Virus record (IMG/VR): IMGVR_UViG_3300045136_000267
Strand: one strand, 5' to 3'
Length of the DNA stretch: 64,000 bases
Source: a virus
Position numbers and translations under genes: made by a program. The stretch's first letter is position 1, and every line of letters begins with the position of its first letter. Positions 9,591 to 19,773 of this stretch are shown in pieces. The notes under the pieces were generated by a model, which saw only the letters and a program-made list of their open reading frames with translations, did not search any database and had not been told where the DNA came from.

Positions 9591-10046
9591 ATGTTTACAT
9601 ATGAACGTACAATAGGCGATTTACAGATACCTGATAATGAAACGGAATATGGTTTTGCTATTTCCGTGCCGTTCTACGGAAAAGTTAAGAAATTAGTAGT
9701 AAAACAAACGGGTGGTACTTCGGTACCATTTACAGTTAATCTCTATAGCGCTAGAGTAGTAAAAACGGCTAACAATCCAACTCCAGCTATTAACCTCAGT
9801 GTTACACCAAAAGAATTATACAAAATAATTCCGACTCAAGCGCAGGTATCTGCTGGTGGAACCTATACTCTAATAACTGACAATGATGGTTATGCTTATA
9901 TGAATATTGATGTTTCTCCTATTACTTCAGCACCGTCTATGGCAAATCCAACACGCAATATTTATGTAGCTATTACTCTTGGATCCGCTGCGCCAAATGT
10001 AACAACGTGGTCTGTTGGTATTGCTCTTTGCACTGAAGGTAATTGA
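9591..10046 (+). CDS. Hypothetical beta-rich structural protein
   Basis: GAGGT RBS; Thr/Val-rich composition. Confidence 0.5.
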   Translation: MFTYERTIGDLQIPDNETEYGFAISVPFYGKVKKLVVKQTGGTSVPFTVNLYSARVVKTANNPTPAINLSVTPKELYKIIPTQAQVSAGGTYTLITDNDGYAYMNIDVSPITSAPSMANPTRNIYVAITLGSAAPNVTTWSVGIALCTEGN

Positions 10047-10972
10047 TGATTCAGGATAAATTGAATCTAAATATAGACAAAACACTATTAAAGTTATCCA
10101 AGGATCATCCATCTCGTCCTGTAAACTGGAGATGGCTATTAGCGCTCAGGGTAGTAGACAATAACTCTTTAGAAATACTAGTTGACAAAGAAGATAAATA
10201 TTTATCCATTGCCATAGAACTAGCTTCTAGAATAAAGCAAGCTAATTCATTGCAAGAATATTTAGCTATAAAAAGAGATCTACCCCATGCTTTCAGAGCA
10301 TGGGAACTCTATGAAGAAGATTCTAATGCTTTTTCTAAAGAAATAGAGGCAAGAATATTAGCAAGAGAACAGATACTCACTATTGCTAGCAGATTTAATC
10401 TGGAACCACAAGTAGTAAAAACATATGAAGCTTTATTTTTTAATGTTTTAGATAGAATAGAGAATAAATCTTATATCTCCTCTATAATATATAATACTTA
10501 TCTTGACGACGCTTTTGATACTTATAAATTGTGGAAACACGTAGCTTACTTTGGATCTCCAGAAGCTTTGGAATTCATTATTAATAAAAGTCCGTCAGAA
10601 GATCTTTTAAATTCAGCGGATTCACTATCTAATATAGACGGTATTTCCTATGCTAAGCAGTTATTAACTGTCGAATTATTAAAGAACAAAACTAGTGATA
10701 TGGATACTTTTTCTAATATTCTTGGTCAGTTTGTAGAGATTGCTAAGCTTTCTAAAGATTTGGATGTCGGGGACGTTAATAAAGATATTACAGAAAGAAT
10801 TCATGATGTTATTAAGAAGATCAATTGGACTGTAGGTAGTCGTTTTGTTAAATTAGAAGAATTGCCAAACGTTTCTGGTTTAAGTATATTAGATTGCGAT
10901 ACTAATAATAAAGAGAGTTCGATTTATGGCACAGGTGCCGATAATAACCGAGAGAACAGTAGAGAAACTTAG
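10046..10972 (+). CDS. Hypothetical protein
   Basis: Long ORF whose start overlaps the upstream stop. Confidence 0.6.
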   Translation: MIQDKLNLNIDKTLLKLSKDHPSRPVNWRWLLALRVVDNNSLEILVDKEDKYLSIAIELASRIKQANSLQEYLAIKRDLPHAFRAWELYEEDSNAFSKEIEARILAREQILTIASRFNLEPQVVKTYEALFFNVLDRIENKSYISSIIYNTYLDDAFDTYKLWKHVAYFGSPEALEFIINKSPSEDLLNSADSLSNIDGISYAKQLLTVELLKNKTSDMDTFSNILGQFVEIAKLSKDLDVGDVNKDITERIHDVIKKINWTVGSRFVKLEELPNVSGLSILDCDTNNKESSIYGTGADNNRENSRET

Positions 10973-12224
10973 TAAATATCTTGATAGTGTCAATAATCTA
11001 GTAGATCAAGGTCATTCTCCAACTGAGGCTTTGAAGAAGGTAGCCGAGGAGAATAATCTATCCCCAGAATACATTCGTTCAGTTGGAATTGCTTACAATA
11101 GTGGACTTACGAACTATTATATTCATCATGAGAAGAGAGCTACTGCATTATATGACACAGAACTTTGTGAGCCTGAGAAAGTTATAAAAGAGCTTTTTAC
11201 TCCTAGAAGTAAGAAGGCAGAAGACGTAGATCCTTTCTATCTATATTCTCCTGCCTTTCATGACATCGGTAGATATCGTCCGCCCGAGCCAGTAGTTAAA
11301 GCTGCTGAGTTCAGATCTGTAGAATCTATCTCTAAAGAGATAAATACGCTTATTCAATACAAACGTAAAGAAAAAGAGATTTTAGAATCTGAACTTAAAA
11401 TGATATATGAATTAGTAGATGCTGATCTGAGAAAGATAGCAAGCTACTACGAACGTGATGGTGCTATTGATCCTCATATAGTAAATGAAACTTGCAAGAC
11501 TTTGAATATAGTGTCAGGACCAATATTAAAGGCAGCAGAAGTTCCTGATAATAAACAGTATTATTCTAAGAATACTACCTTCTCTAATAAATTGGAACCT
11601 TATAGATATATTATAAGAATAAATGAGTTCACTAAGAAAGCTAATATAATTAGAGATAAAATCCAAGTATTAGATAATGAATTAGCTATTATTGACAAGA
11701 AATTAGAAGGATTTAAAAAAAAACTACCTAACCAGTCAGAAAACGAATTAAATTCAGATAAACAAACAAAAACGGCACAAGCAACACCCCCTTCATCACA
11801 AATAAAACCTCCTTCATTAGAAGAAACATATTCTAAATTTGAAGAATCTCGTAAAAAAATATTTGATTTCGCGGCTTCAACTTTCGATCAAGAATCTATA
11901 TCCTATCCTGGTAGTTTTACTCCAGTAGATAAAGCTCAACCAGAGCATAGTAAAGATATATTAAAAGCCAATGCAAATGTAGTTAAAGTTATTTTAACTA
12001 ATTTAATGTTAAACGATCCTATAATCTCAAAATATGAACCAGAAAAAGTACTAGATGCTTATTCAAAATTAGCTGCTCTAGCCCCAGCCGCCATGACTCG
12101 CGAAGTTATCATGGTTCCTTTACTACAGAAGATATTAGAAACTGGTACATTAGATCCGCTAGATGTAGCTAATCTTATTAAGTTTAACCTCCAGATTGCA
12201 AAGCACATTGAGAACGTATCTTGA
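10926..12224 (+). CDS. Hypothetical coiled-coil head-associated protein
   Basis: 432 aa with K-x-A motifs (EKRA, SKKA, VKAA, RKIA, TKTA). Confidence 0.55.
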   Translation: MAQVPIITERTVEKLSKYLDSVNNLVDQGHSPTEALKKVAEENNLSPEYIRSVGIAYNSGLTNYYIHHEKRATALYDTELCEPEKVIKELFTPRSKKAEDVDPFYLYSPAFHDIGRYRPPEPVVKAAEFRSVESISKEINTLIQYKRKEKEILESELKMIYELVDADLRKIASYYERDGAIDPHIVNETCKTLNIVSGPILKAAEVPDNKQYYSKNTTFSNKLEPYRYIIRINEFTKKANIIRDKIQVLDNELAIIDKKLEGFKKKLPNQSENELNSDKQTKTAQATPPSSQIKPPSLEETYSKFEESRKKIFDFAASTFDQESISYPGSFTPVDKAQPEHSKDILKANANVVKVILTNLMLNDPIISKYEPEKVLDAYSKLAALAPAAMTREVIMVPLLQKILETGTLDPLDVANLIKFNLQIAKHIENVS

Positions 12225-12225
12225 T

Positions 12226-12825
12226 ATGCCGATAACAGCACAACCAGATAACCAAGAACTCGAATATATCCTCTCTAATTTTGATGAAATAATTAACAAT
12301 TATCAGAATGCCAATCTCCCAGAAGATTTATTTCAACGAATATTAAGTGGTATTTTTATTGGATACATTATTTCAGGAGAGACTCTGAAGAATGTACCAG
12401 AAGAAAACAAATATATGGAATTACTGAATCTACTTATTTATGCAGGGTTAGCCGGAGTTACTACTACTATTAATAATGAAAATAAAGAAACTCATGGAGG
12501 TAGCCCCTACAAAGATTTAGCAGAAAGAATTACTTATGTATGTTCTAGTATTCACCCGGAATGGACTACATTACTAGAACTTTGCTCTGTAACATCTAAG
12601 GTGATGTTAAGCAAAGCAAAATCAATATTGACTCAATATAATAAATATGAAATATTGATTGGGTTGTCTTGTTTAATTAATTTATTATTGACAAGTACAA
12701 TCCTGGACAAAGCAGATAATAAGGATGCAATTATAGAGTTGATGCTAGTCTTTGGAGCCAGTGTTGGACTAGCTATTGCATTCTTAAGAGACTTAGGCCT
12801 TAGTTTTAAACAACAACAGGAATGA
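12226..12825 (+). CDS. Hypothetical protein with hydrophobic helices
   Basis: ATG 1 nt after the upstream stop; several apolar segments. Confidence 0.5.
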   Translation: MPITAQPDNQELEYILSNFDEIINNYQNANLPEDLFQRILSGIFIGYIISGETLKNVPEENKYMELLNLLIYAGLAGVTTTINNENKETHGGSPYKDLAERITYVCSSIHPEWTTLLELCSVTSKVMLSKAKSILTQYNKYEILIGLSCLINLLLTSTILDKADNKDAIIELMLVFGASVGLAIAFLRDLGLSFKQQQE

Positions 12826-12851
12826 TTTAATAGTTACTTAAGGAGTAAAAG

Positions 12852-13418
12852 ATGACTCAGCTAACTAATGAAGGTTTAGCTTTTGTATTACAATCGTATT
12901 CTAAAGAACTTGAATCTGCTCAAAAGAAGGTTAAGAAATTAGCTTCTGCAAAAAAGAATAATATTAAGACAGCTGGTAGCAGATTTAGTATTAATGAATT
13001 AGAAGGCGTAAGTCCTGGTGGTCTAGGTGATTTGCTATTAAATCCCCTAGTTTTAGGTGGTCTTATAGCTGCACTTTATGGTGCCGGTAAGCACGGTCTG
13101 ATTCCTGGATTAGATACTGTAAGAGAGAAAATTAATCCTGTGACAGAGGCTGCCACGGGTGCTTTTAGTAATCCAGGGGCTACAGCAAAGAGTCTCAAGA
13201 ATGTACTTGCTTCCGCCTTATCTGATTATGGACCTGCTGCTGGGGTAGGTGCTCTTGCTTCTATTTTGGGTCAGATCCTTAAAGGTGATGGTATCAGTCT
13301 GTTAAGCGCAGGCGGTACTGGTTTAGTTACTGGTGGTGGTCTAGCTGTAATTGATGCGTTAGCTAAAGCCTTAGGTACTAATACGCAAGGCAGTGGATCA
13401 GGCGGCGGTAGGGCTTGA
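12852..13418 (+). CDS. Gly/Ala-rich putative internal virion (ejection) protein
   Basis: AAGGAG RBS; IKTAG motif followed by GxxxG hydrophobic segments; no Cys. Confidence 0.5.
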   Translation: MTQLTNEGLAFVLQSYSKELESAQKKVKKLASAKKNNIKTAGSRFSINELEGVSPGGLGDLLLNPLVLGGLIAALYGAGKHGLIPGLDTVREKINPVTEAATGAFSNPGATAKSLKNVLASALSDYGPAAGVGALASILGQILKGDGISLLSAGGTGLVTGGGLAVIDALAKALGTNTQGSGSGGGRA

Positions 13419-13541
13419 GCACCTACCATTGTCATTAAATAACCATTGATGCCGTTGCTAATAAAAGCAAAAAGCATTGCTTAATATCTTATTTATTAGA
13501 ATATAAGGATAACAGCATTGTTTTAAAAATGAACTTTAAAC

Positions 13542-14015
13542 ATGAACATTAACGATGTTAACCCATACACAGAAGAATTTCTCAAGCAAGCTGAATTAGA
13601 TGTAGGAAAGTTATTATCGGATCCTCATGTTTTATATCCTTCTATCGGCATAGCTATCTCTCTAGCTACTAACACTAATCCTTTGATCCCCGCTCTTATA
13701 GGTCTAGCCGCTGCAGAATATCAAGATCCAAAGATACTAAATGCTATTAACCCAGAAAGTTACGCTAAAGCAAAAATCAAAGAAGAAGTTAGTAAGGCTA
13801 TATGGCATCCTTTATCCGTAGCAGGCGCAACAGCCGCCGGCACGTACGCAGGCTCAAGAGTTGCAAATGCTATTGCTACTCAAGGCCCTGGCACAGCTTT
13901 AAAGAATATGGCTGCTAGTTCAGGCAAATTTATTGGACCAGCTGCAGGTGCTACTGCTGCTCTCTCAATCCCAGTTCTATTAAACTTTTTAGCAGATAAA
14001 ATAATTGGTAAATAG
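13542..14015 (+). CDS. Ala/Gly-rich putative internal virion protein
   Basis: FLKQAE motif and hydrophobic small-residue helices; no Cys. Confidence 0.5.
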   Translation: MNINDVNPYTEEFLKQAELDVGKLLSDPHVLYPSIGIAISLATNTNPLIPALIGLAAAEYQDPKILNAINPESYAKAKIKEEVSKAIWHPLSVAGATAAGTYAGSRVANAIATQGPGTALKNMAASSGKFIGPAAGATAALSIPVLLNFLADKIIGK

Positions 14016-14031
14016 AACTGGTAACTACGAC

Positions 14032-15126
14032 ATGAAACCAGAATTAGTATTTCCAGTAGTTCTTGCGTCTTATTCTGAAGATAAGATAGCTAGAGAATTA
14101 TTAAATAATGATTCTATGATAAAAATAGCTGGCCCGGGTGATTTTTTAAGAAATGTTCTTAAATGGTTAAGATTTCGAAGAGGAACATCAGTAATGCCTC
14201 CAAGCGCAAGATCAACAGCAGCTCCAAAAGCAGCTCCAAAAGCAGCTCCAACAGCAGCACAAAAAAATCTACCTGATATTAAACCCACAGATGTGCCTGG
14301 TGCAGCTAAAGTCGAGCAATCTGCTGAGAGAGGCTTAAATGTACTTAAAGAAATTATACAAACTAATAAGCTTGATATAGGAGAAGTGGAAAAGGCACTA
14401 CCACTAGTATCAGAGTTTGTGGAAAACGAAAAAAATATCGTTAAACTACCTAGGTCTCCACAATATAAAAAGCAGTTAGTTGAACTCCTCAAGAGACAGT
14501 CTGAACTTAGTAGTAAACTGCAAGATATAGGATTTACTTCTGATAATTTAAAAAAGATTAAGAGCCTCGATCCGGATGAGTTAAAACAAGTTGTAGCAAA
14601 GGGAATACAAGAAGCAAAAACTGATCAAGCAGCAAAAACTAATCAACCAGCAGATACTGCTCAACTAGCAAATGCTGCTCAAGCAACAAAAACCGATCAA
14701 CCACTTGATACGACTCAAAATAGTAATAAAGAGTCAACCTGGATAAGCGATTTGATAAATAGTTTAATTATAGGTGGTTCTGTACTAGGCTCAGGACACC
14801 AAATATCACAATCTCTGACAAAGGGTGAAAATACTAATAGACAGATTTTAAGAGGCTTAGAACAAAACGCTAGAGGACCAAGCGCTAGTTTAACGGCCCC
14901 TACAGATCAAAGAACGGAATCAGATCAAGGAGATGGTCCACCGAAACAACAAATACCTCCATTACTAGCTGCAGGCTTAGGTGCTTTACTAATTGGTGGT
15001 TTAGCACAACGTAGATATGGTAACGAGGAAGGCCGATACGATTCATTAGGAGATTCATTATTGCCAATGCTAGCAGGTGGCTTAGTAGGATATGGTGGTG
15101 CTGAAGCGATTAATAGGTATGTTTAA
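14032..15126 (+). CDS. Putative internal virion protein with C-terminal glycine-zipper helices
   Basis: IKIAG motif, AAPK repeats, C-terminal LLAAGLGALLIGGL and LAGGLVGYGG; no Cys. Confidence 0.5.
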   Translation: MKPELVFPVVLASYSEDKIARELLNNDSMIKIAGPGDFLRNVLKWLRFRRGTSVMPPSARSTAAPKAAPKAAPTAAQKNLPDIKPTDVPGAAKVEQSAERGLNVLKEIIQTNKLDIGEVEKALPLVSEFVENEKNIVKLPRSPQYKKQLVELLKRQSELSSKLQDIGFTSDNLKKIKSLDPDELKQVVAKGIQEAKTDQAAKTNQPADTAQLANAAQATKTDQPLDTTQNSNKESTWISDLINSLIIGGSVLGSGHQISQSLTKGENTNRQILRGLEQNARGPSASLTAPTDQRTESDQGDGPPKQQIPPLLAAGLGALLIGGLAQRRYGNEEGRYDSLGDSLLPMLAGGLVGYGGAEAINRYV

Positions 15127-15142
15127 TAAATTTTAATTTAAC

Positions 15143-16543
15143 ATGCTAAAGTTAGTAGAACCATCCTGGAATTTTGGATCTCAAGTAGTTTCCCACGTAA
15201 AGATAGCTAGTACTGGAATTAAAGGAATTGACTATAAGAATCTTGCCAAAGAAACTAGCGAAGAATTTGCTCATGATGTAAAGAATCTTATTAAACCTGC
15301 TTCTGGTGAAGAATATGTTCATGTAATAGCACTTGGTTCTTTAGAATATTACGGTTGCAACCGTGTAGGTGATGCTTTTGAAGTAGAAGTTTGCAAGAAA
15401 TATCATCCTACTTTTACTAAGAAAGCCAAGTGGTATAGAAACCATATTCATCACGATCCTAGCCGTTCTTATGGGGTTGTTAAGTTATCTCATTTTGATC
15501 CTAAATTAAATAGAATAGATCTTATTGCTGCTTTAAATGCAACTAAAACCGCTGCAGATAGAAACGGTGGTCTAATAGCAGACAAGGAGCTAGAAAAGCT
15601 ATATTCTGGAGAGACTATTCCAGTAAGCATGGCTTGCTATGTAAGCTATGACATTTGCTCTGGCTGTGGTCATAAAGCTAAGAACGTATATGAAAGATGT
15701 ACTCCTAATATTTGTGTAAAATATGGAGGTTGTAAAGACAATCTAGGGAAGACATTTGATGATGGTCATACTCTTCATGTGAAGAACCCCGATCCTGTCT
15801 TCTTTGATATCAGTTATGTAACTATACCTGCCGATAGAATTGCATTTAGTATTGGATTAGTTAAAGATCCTAATGTTTCTATCAAGAAATTAGCAGATGT
15901 AGGTCTTAGAAATATTCTGTATAAAACTATTGATAAGCCTAAGCATAGATATGAGTTAGTATCAAAGAAAGTAGAACCTAATTCTATAACTCTAACTATT
16001 GTTGCTAAAATGGCAGCTCTGGAAAGACATGGAATTCTTCCAGAGTACAATAAATATACTAGCGCCCTCGCTTCCAGACCTATAGTTCAACTCAATGAAC
16101 ATGTACCTACAGTAATATCTACACTTAATAAATATGCTTGTGTGGCTCCTCCATTAGTATTCTTCCGTGAGATATATCCAGTTATTAGAAAGAAAAATCC
16201 AGTAAATGCTCATATTGATGTATCTACTTGTTTCAGAGATTTGTTAAAATCTGCAAGTAGAGATATTGATTTAGAAACTAATCCATATCTACATTATACT
16301 TCAGGTGAACTTAATAGGATTAAAGTAAACTGGTTAAAGGAAAATTGGTCACTGAATTTAGAAAAGTTGAATAAAGATATTGCTTTTTTGAAAAAACAGG
16401 CTAACTTTAGAAGAATACAGGAAGTAAGAAATCCAGAATTGGCAAAAGAATATGCTCTTTATCAATTAGGTTTCTTACTGGAAAATACAAGAGACGATTT
16501 AAAACAAGTACTTGTTCTTGCTAATCAAATCGGAGATAAATGA
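15143..16543 (+). CDS. Prohead maturation protease with Cys-rich insert
   Basis: N..GD.F, WYRNH (His), VSMAC.V.YD.CSGCGH (Ser) and FFDISYV..PAD motifs typical of caudoviral prohead proteases; lies upstream of scaffold and capsid genes. Confidence 0.75.
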   Translation: MLKLVEPSWNFGSQVVSHVKIASTGIKGIDYKNLAKETSEEFAHDVKNLIKPASGEEYVHVIALGSLEYYGCNRVGDAFEVEVCKKYHPTFTKKAKWYRNHIHHDPSRSYGVVKLSHFDPKLNRIDLIAALNATKTAADRNGGLIADKELEKLYSGETIPVSMACYVSYDICSGCGHKAKNVYERCTPNICVKYGGCKDNLGKTFDDGHTLHVKNPDPVFFDISYVTIPADRIAFSIGLVKDPNVSIKKLADVGLRNILYKTIDKPKHRYELVSKKVEPNSITLTIVAKMAALERHGILPEYNKYTSALASRPIVQLNEHVPTVISTLNKYACVAPPLVFFREIYPVIRKKNPVNAHIDVSTCFRDLLKSASRDIDLETNPYLHYTSGELNRIKVNWLKENWSLNLEKLNKDIAFLKKQANFRRIQEVRNPELAKEYALYQLGFLLENTRDDLKQVLVLANQIGDK

Positions 16544-17763
16544 TGAACAACGATCATGTTTTTAACAGAATCATTAAATTACTGGATGATATCGCATCCG
16601 TAAAAGAGGCCTCGGATACTAATATGGCTGACAAGAGTTCTGTCAGCAAAACTAAGCCTACGGCTGATCCGCTTGCTAGCGTTGGTTCTTTAGACCTGCC
16701 GGATCCGGACGACGCTATTTCTTATGCTTCTGTCGGGCAAGCTGGTGCTTCTCCAAATCCTGATGCTACCTTTGTAGGAGAAGATCCTAAGAACGAGAAG
16801 CCTTCTAAAACTGTAGGCAGACTAGACTTTCCTTTGGAAAAGTATAAGAAACATGCTTCTGCAGTTTCAACAGAAGAGTTATTGAGAGATGCTGTCAGCC
16901 TTGGCAACTCTATTCTTTTTGACATTATACAAGAAGAGGAACAGCCTGTAAAACAAGCTCATGTTCCTGCACAAGCTCAAAATACTAATGAAAAGAAAGA
17001 AGCTGTAGTAGATACCTCTAAGTTTGAGCATGTAAAGACTGCTGAAGACGTAGTTCAATTGTCTTCGGGCGTGCTTGATGCTGTTAAGAAGCAAGCTGAA
17101 TTTCACGCTCAGTTAGTAGGTGAATATTTATACGGAAACTTGCTATCTAAAAGCATTGTAAAGGCTGCTGAAGAGGAGAAAGTTGACGAAGAGACAGAAA
17201 AAGAAGAGGATTCAGAGCCAGCCGATGATACAGATAACCCAGCTCCGAACCTTCAAGAAGATAAAGAACCTGTAGATGCTTTAGTTGAAGCAGAGGAAAA
17301 AAAAAATAGCAACTCCACTGGAGATTCTGAGGGGTCTGAGGAGGAAACCGAAAAAAGATTGAAGGAGGAGATAGCTGCTGCTGCAGCGGAAAATGCTGCC
17401 CAAGAAGCTGCTGAAAAGACAGTTGAAGAAGGGTCTGCTCCTGATACTGATTCTTTAGATCTTGAAGAAGCTCTTGGTGCGCTTAATGAAATGAATTCTG
17501 CGGAAGGAAGTAATGAGAAAGAAATCCTTGAAATGCTAGCAACAGCTTTGAGTCAGATTGCTGGCGAGCAAGGACTTCCTCAGTTAGAAGGATTGGGAGA
17601 AGGAGGTGCTAAGTTAGCTTCGGCAATTAAGAAAGCTTCTGCTGAAGGTAAACTTAAGCCATTTAAGCCCAATACATTAGCTAAGAAATTAGCATTAGAT
17701 TACATGAAATCTTATGTATCCGAATTACTGACTAGAAGTACTAGAAAGAGAGTAAAGGTATAA
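16540..17763 (+). CDS. Putative capsid scaffold protein
   Basis: Acidic, Glu/Ala-rich, between protease and capsid genes; about 9 K-x-A motifs. Confidence 0.55.
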   Translation: MMNNDHVFNRIIKLLDDIASVKEASDTNMADKSSVSKTKPTADPLASVGSLDLPDPDDAISYASVGQAGASPNPDATFVGEDPKNEKPSKTVGRLDFPLEKYKKHASAVSTEELLRDAVSLGNSILFDIIQEEEQPVKQAHVPAQAQNTNEKKEAVVDTSKFEHVKTAEDVVQLSSGVLDAVKKQAEFHAQLVGEYLYGNLLSKSIVKAAEEEKVDEETEKEEDSEPADDTDNPAPNLQEDKEPVDALVEAEEKKNSNSTGDSEGSEEETEKRLKEEIAAAAAENAAQEAAEKTVEEGSAPDTDSLDLEEALGALNEMNSAEGSNEKEILEMLATALSQIAGEQGLPQLEGLGEGGAKLASAIKKASAEGKLKPFKPNTLAKKLALDYMKSYVSELLTRSTRKRVKV

Positions 17764-17780
17764 CTTGGAGATCCTAAACC

Positions 17781-18164
17781 ATGAAACAGTTAGATAATGA
17801 GAAGCTCATTGCTTTGATGAATATCTACAATGAGCTTACTAAAAGAGTAGGTGATTATTATACGAAGGAAGCTCAATATAAAGAGCATGCTTCGTCTTTA
17901 GCAGATCAAATTATTAATGATTTGCGAGAAGCGAACTTGATTAATGAAGATCAATCTAATAAATTGAAAGAGAATTTATTGAAAAGTGCTACTGCTGCTT
18001 TGACTACTTTAAGTGAAGTAGCAAAGAATGTAGCCAACTCTAATATTAATTCTCTTGGAACTCCATATTCCGTTGCTGGTGATAGATTCTCTGGTAAGAA
18101 TGTATTCTCTAGCAGATATGTGGAGTTTGATGGTTTGACTTTAGACAAGACTAGATACTTGTAA
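17781..18164 (+). CDS. Hypothetical head protein
   Basis: GGAG RBS; helical composition; TKEA and LKSA motifs. Confidence 0.55.
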   Translation: MKQLDNEKLIALMNIYNELTKRVGDYYTKEAQYKEHASSLADQIINDLREANLINEDQSNKLKENLLKSATAALTTLSEVAKNVANSNINSLGTPYSVAGDRFSGKNVFSSRYVEFDGLTLDKTRYL

Positions 18165-18184
18165 TAAATAGTAGGAGATAAAAA

Positions 18185-18793
18185 ATGCCGGTAACTCAAG
18201 TATTCACTAATCAACTTAATTTCGTGGCCGGTTATTTCGGTCGCGGGATGTTACAGAAGGTTGTATTACCTGCTGATACTAGCAAAGCCTTTGCCGTTGC
18301 AGGTCGCTGCGGTTATTTAGATAACAACGGCAAATGGGTTCACGGTCCTTGTCCGATTGGTAAAGGCGTTCCGTTCTTTGTATGGCGCGGTGTTAATAAC
18401 TTTGACACTACTAATGACGGTACTGATTCTGGTGACTCTTCTCTGAGACACTGGATTTCTAGCAACGCTAGAGGCTTCATCACTTGCTTTGCTGGTACTG
18501 GAGGGTATGAATTCCAAACCACCGAATTCGTATCTGGCACCTATAACAATGGTGATGCCCTGACTGTAGGTACTGCTTCTGGGGAAGAGGGTAAGTTAAA
18601 AGCCTTATCTGGAACTTTATATGCTGCTAACACGCCTGCTGTAGTGGGTTTTGCTAGCCCGTTCCACCAGACTCCTGAAAACTTCTTGACTAGCAGCGTT
18701 GCCAATCAAGCTAATGCTGTTCCTATTGGGACTAATGCACATGGTAAGTCTGTGTTAAACTTCCATACCTGGTTTATTCCGAGATCGGCTTAA
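18185..18793 (+). CDS. Putative capsid decoration/cement protein
   Basis: Immediately upstream of the major capsid gene; TTEF...Y..GD.LT...GKL pattern; strong RBS; biased codon usage. Confidence 0.6.
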   Translation: MPVTQVFTNQLNFVAGYFGRGMLQKVVLPADTSKAFAVAGRCGYLDNNGKWVHGPCPIGKGVPFFVWRGVNNFDTTNDGTDSGDSSLRHWISSNARGFITCFAGTGGYEFQTTEFVSGTYNNGDALTVGTASGEEGKLKALSGTLYAANTPAVVGFASPFHQTPENFLTSSVANQANAVPIGTNAHGKSVLNFHTWFIPRSA

Positions 18794-18828
18794 TAATTAA
18801 CATTTAAAATAGATAGGAGCTATAGAAA

Positions 18829-19755
18829 ATGGCCATAAAGACTACGTTACGTAATGAAGCATTTCTTAATGAAGTGCAATCTGGTTCGCCTCAGCTAGTT
18901 AAGCAGGCCCAGGAGAGAATGACCTCTATGGTCCGCTTAATGGTGCGTGAAGGTGCTGTAGATAGACAGGTACTCGTTCCAGAGTACATCACGTATAGCG
19001 ATCTTGATCGTCAGGTTGATACTGATGTTATGGTCAAGATCGTGGATGTGGAACCGAATAGCCCTGCTGCTTTCAGCGTAGGCTTTGGTTCTGCTTCTCC
19101 GATGTTCTGGATCGCGGCTAGACGTGTTCGTGCTACGTTTAACCGCATCAAGACTAATGAAGCTCTGTATGATATTGAACTTCTTGGTACCTGGGAGATG
19201 GATATCCAGGAAGTCATCGCTAATAACATGATTCGCGATATCTTGGCTAGAGAAGACGGTGGCTTCTTTAATGCTGTAAATGACTTCGTTGGTGCTGCTG
19301 ACGCTGTTAATAGCGTAACCCAGTCCGTTACTTATGCCACTATTTATGGTGGTTATACTAGAGAAACTCTTCAGGAAGCGGCTGCCGTTATGTTGAAATC
19401 GGCATATCGTCTGCAGCCTGTAACTGTAGTAATTAATACAGTTACTGCTAGAAGATTGATGTCACTTGGTCGTGAAGAGTTGGGTGACGATTCTGCTGGT
19501 AGAATCTTCCGTGAAGGGTTCTCGCAGTGGAAGTTCGATAACCTCAACTGGGTAGTCACTAGCAAGCGTCATATCGTGGCTGACGATGAAATGTATTTCT
19601 TTGCCGACCCGCGTGCGGTAGGTAAGTTCTACATTCTGAATGATACCACTACCCATCTGACCGTTGACGGTCATGACCTGAGATTCTATTCGTCTCAGAC
19701 TTACTCGCAAGTTGTTGTGAACGTTGCCGGTTTAGCCAAAGTACGCTTCGCGTAA
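18829..19755 (+). CDS. Major capsid protein (probable HK97 fold)
   Basis: 308 aa after protease, scaffold and decoration genes; AGGAG RBS; strongest codon bias in the window; I..REDG.F helix. Confidence 0.75.
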   Translation: MAIKTTLRNEAFLNEVQSGSPQLVKQAQERMTSMVRLMVREGAVDRQVLVPEYITYSDLDRQVDTDVMVKIVDVEPNSPAAFSVGFGSASPMFWIAARRVRATFNRIKTNEALYDIELLGTWEMDIQEVIANNMIRDILAREDGGFFNAVNDFVGAADAVNSVTQSVTYATIYGGYTRETLQEAAAVMLKSAYRLQPVTVVINTVTARRLMSLGREELGDDSAGRIFREGFSQWKFDNLNWVVTSKRHIVADDEMYFFADPRAVGKFYILNDTTTHLTVDGHDLRFYSSQTYSQVVVNVAGLAKVRFA

Positions 19756-19773
19756 TGGCAGGAGGATAATTAT

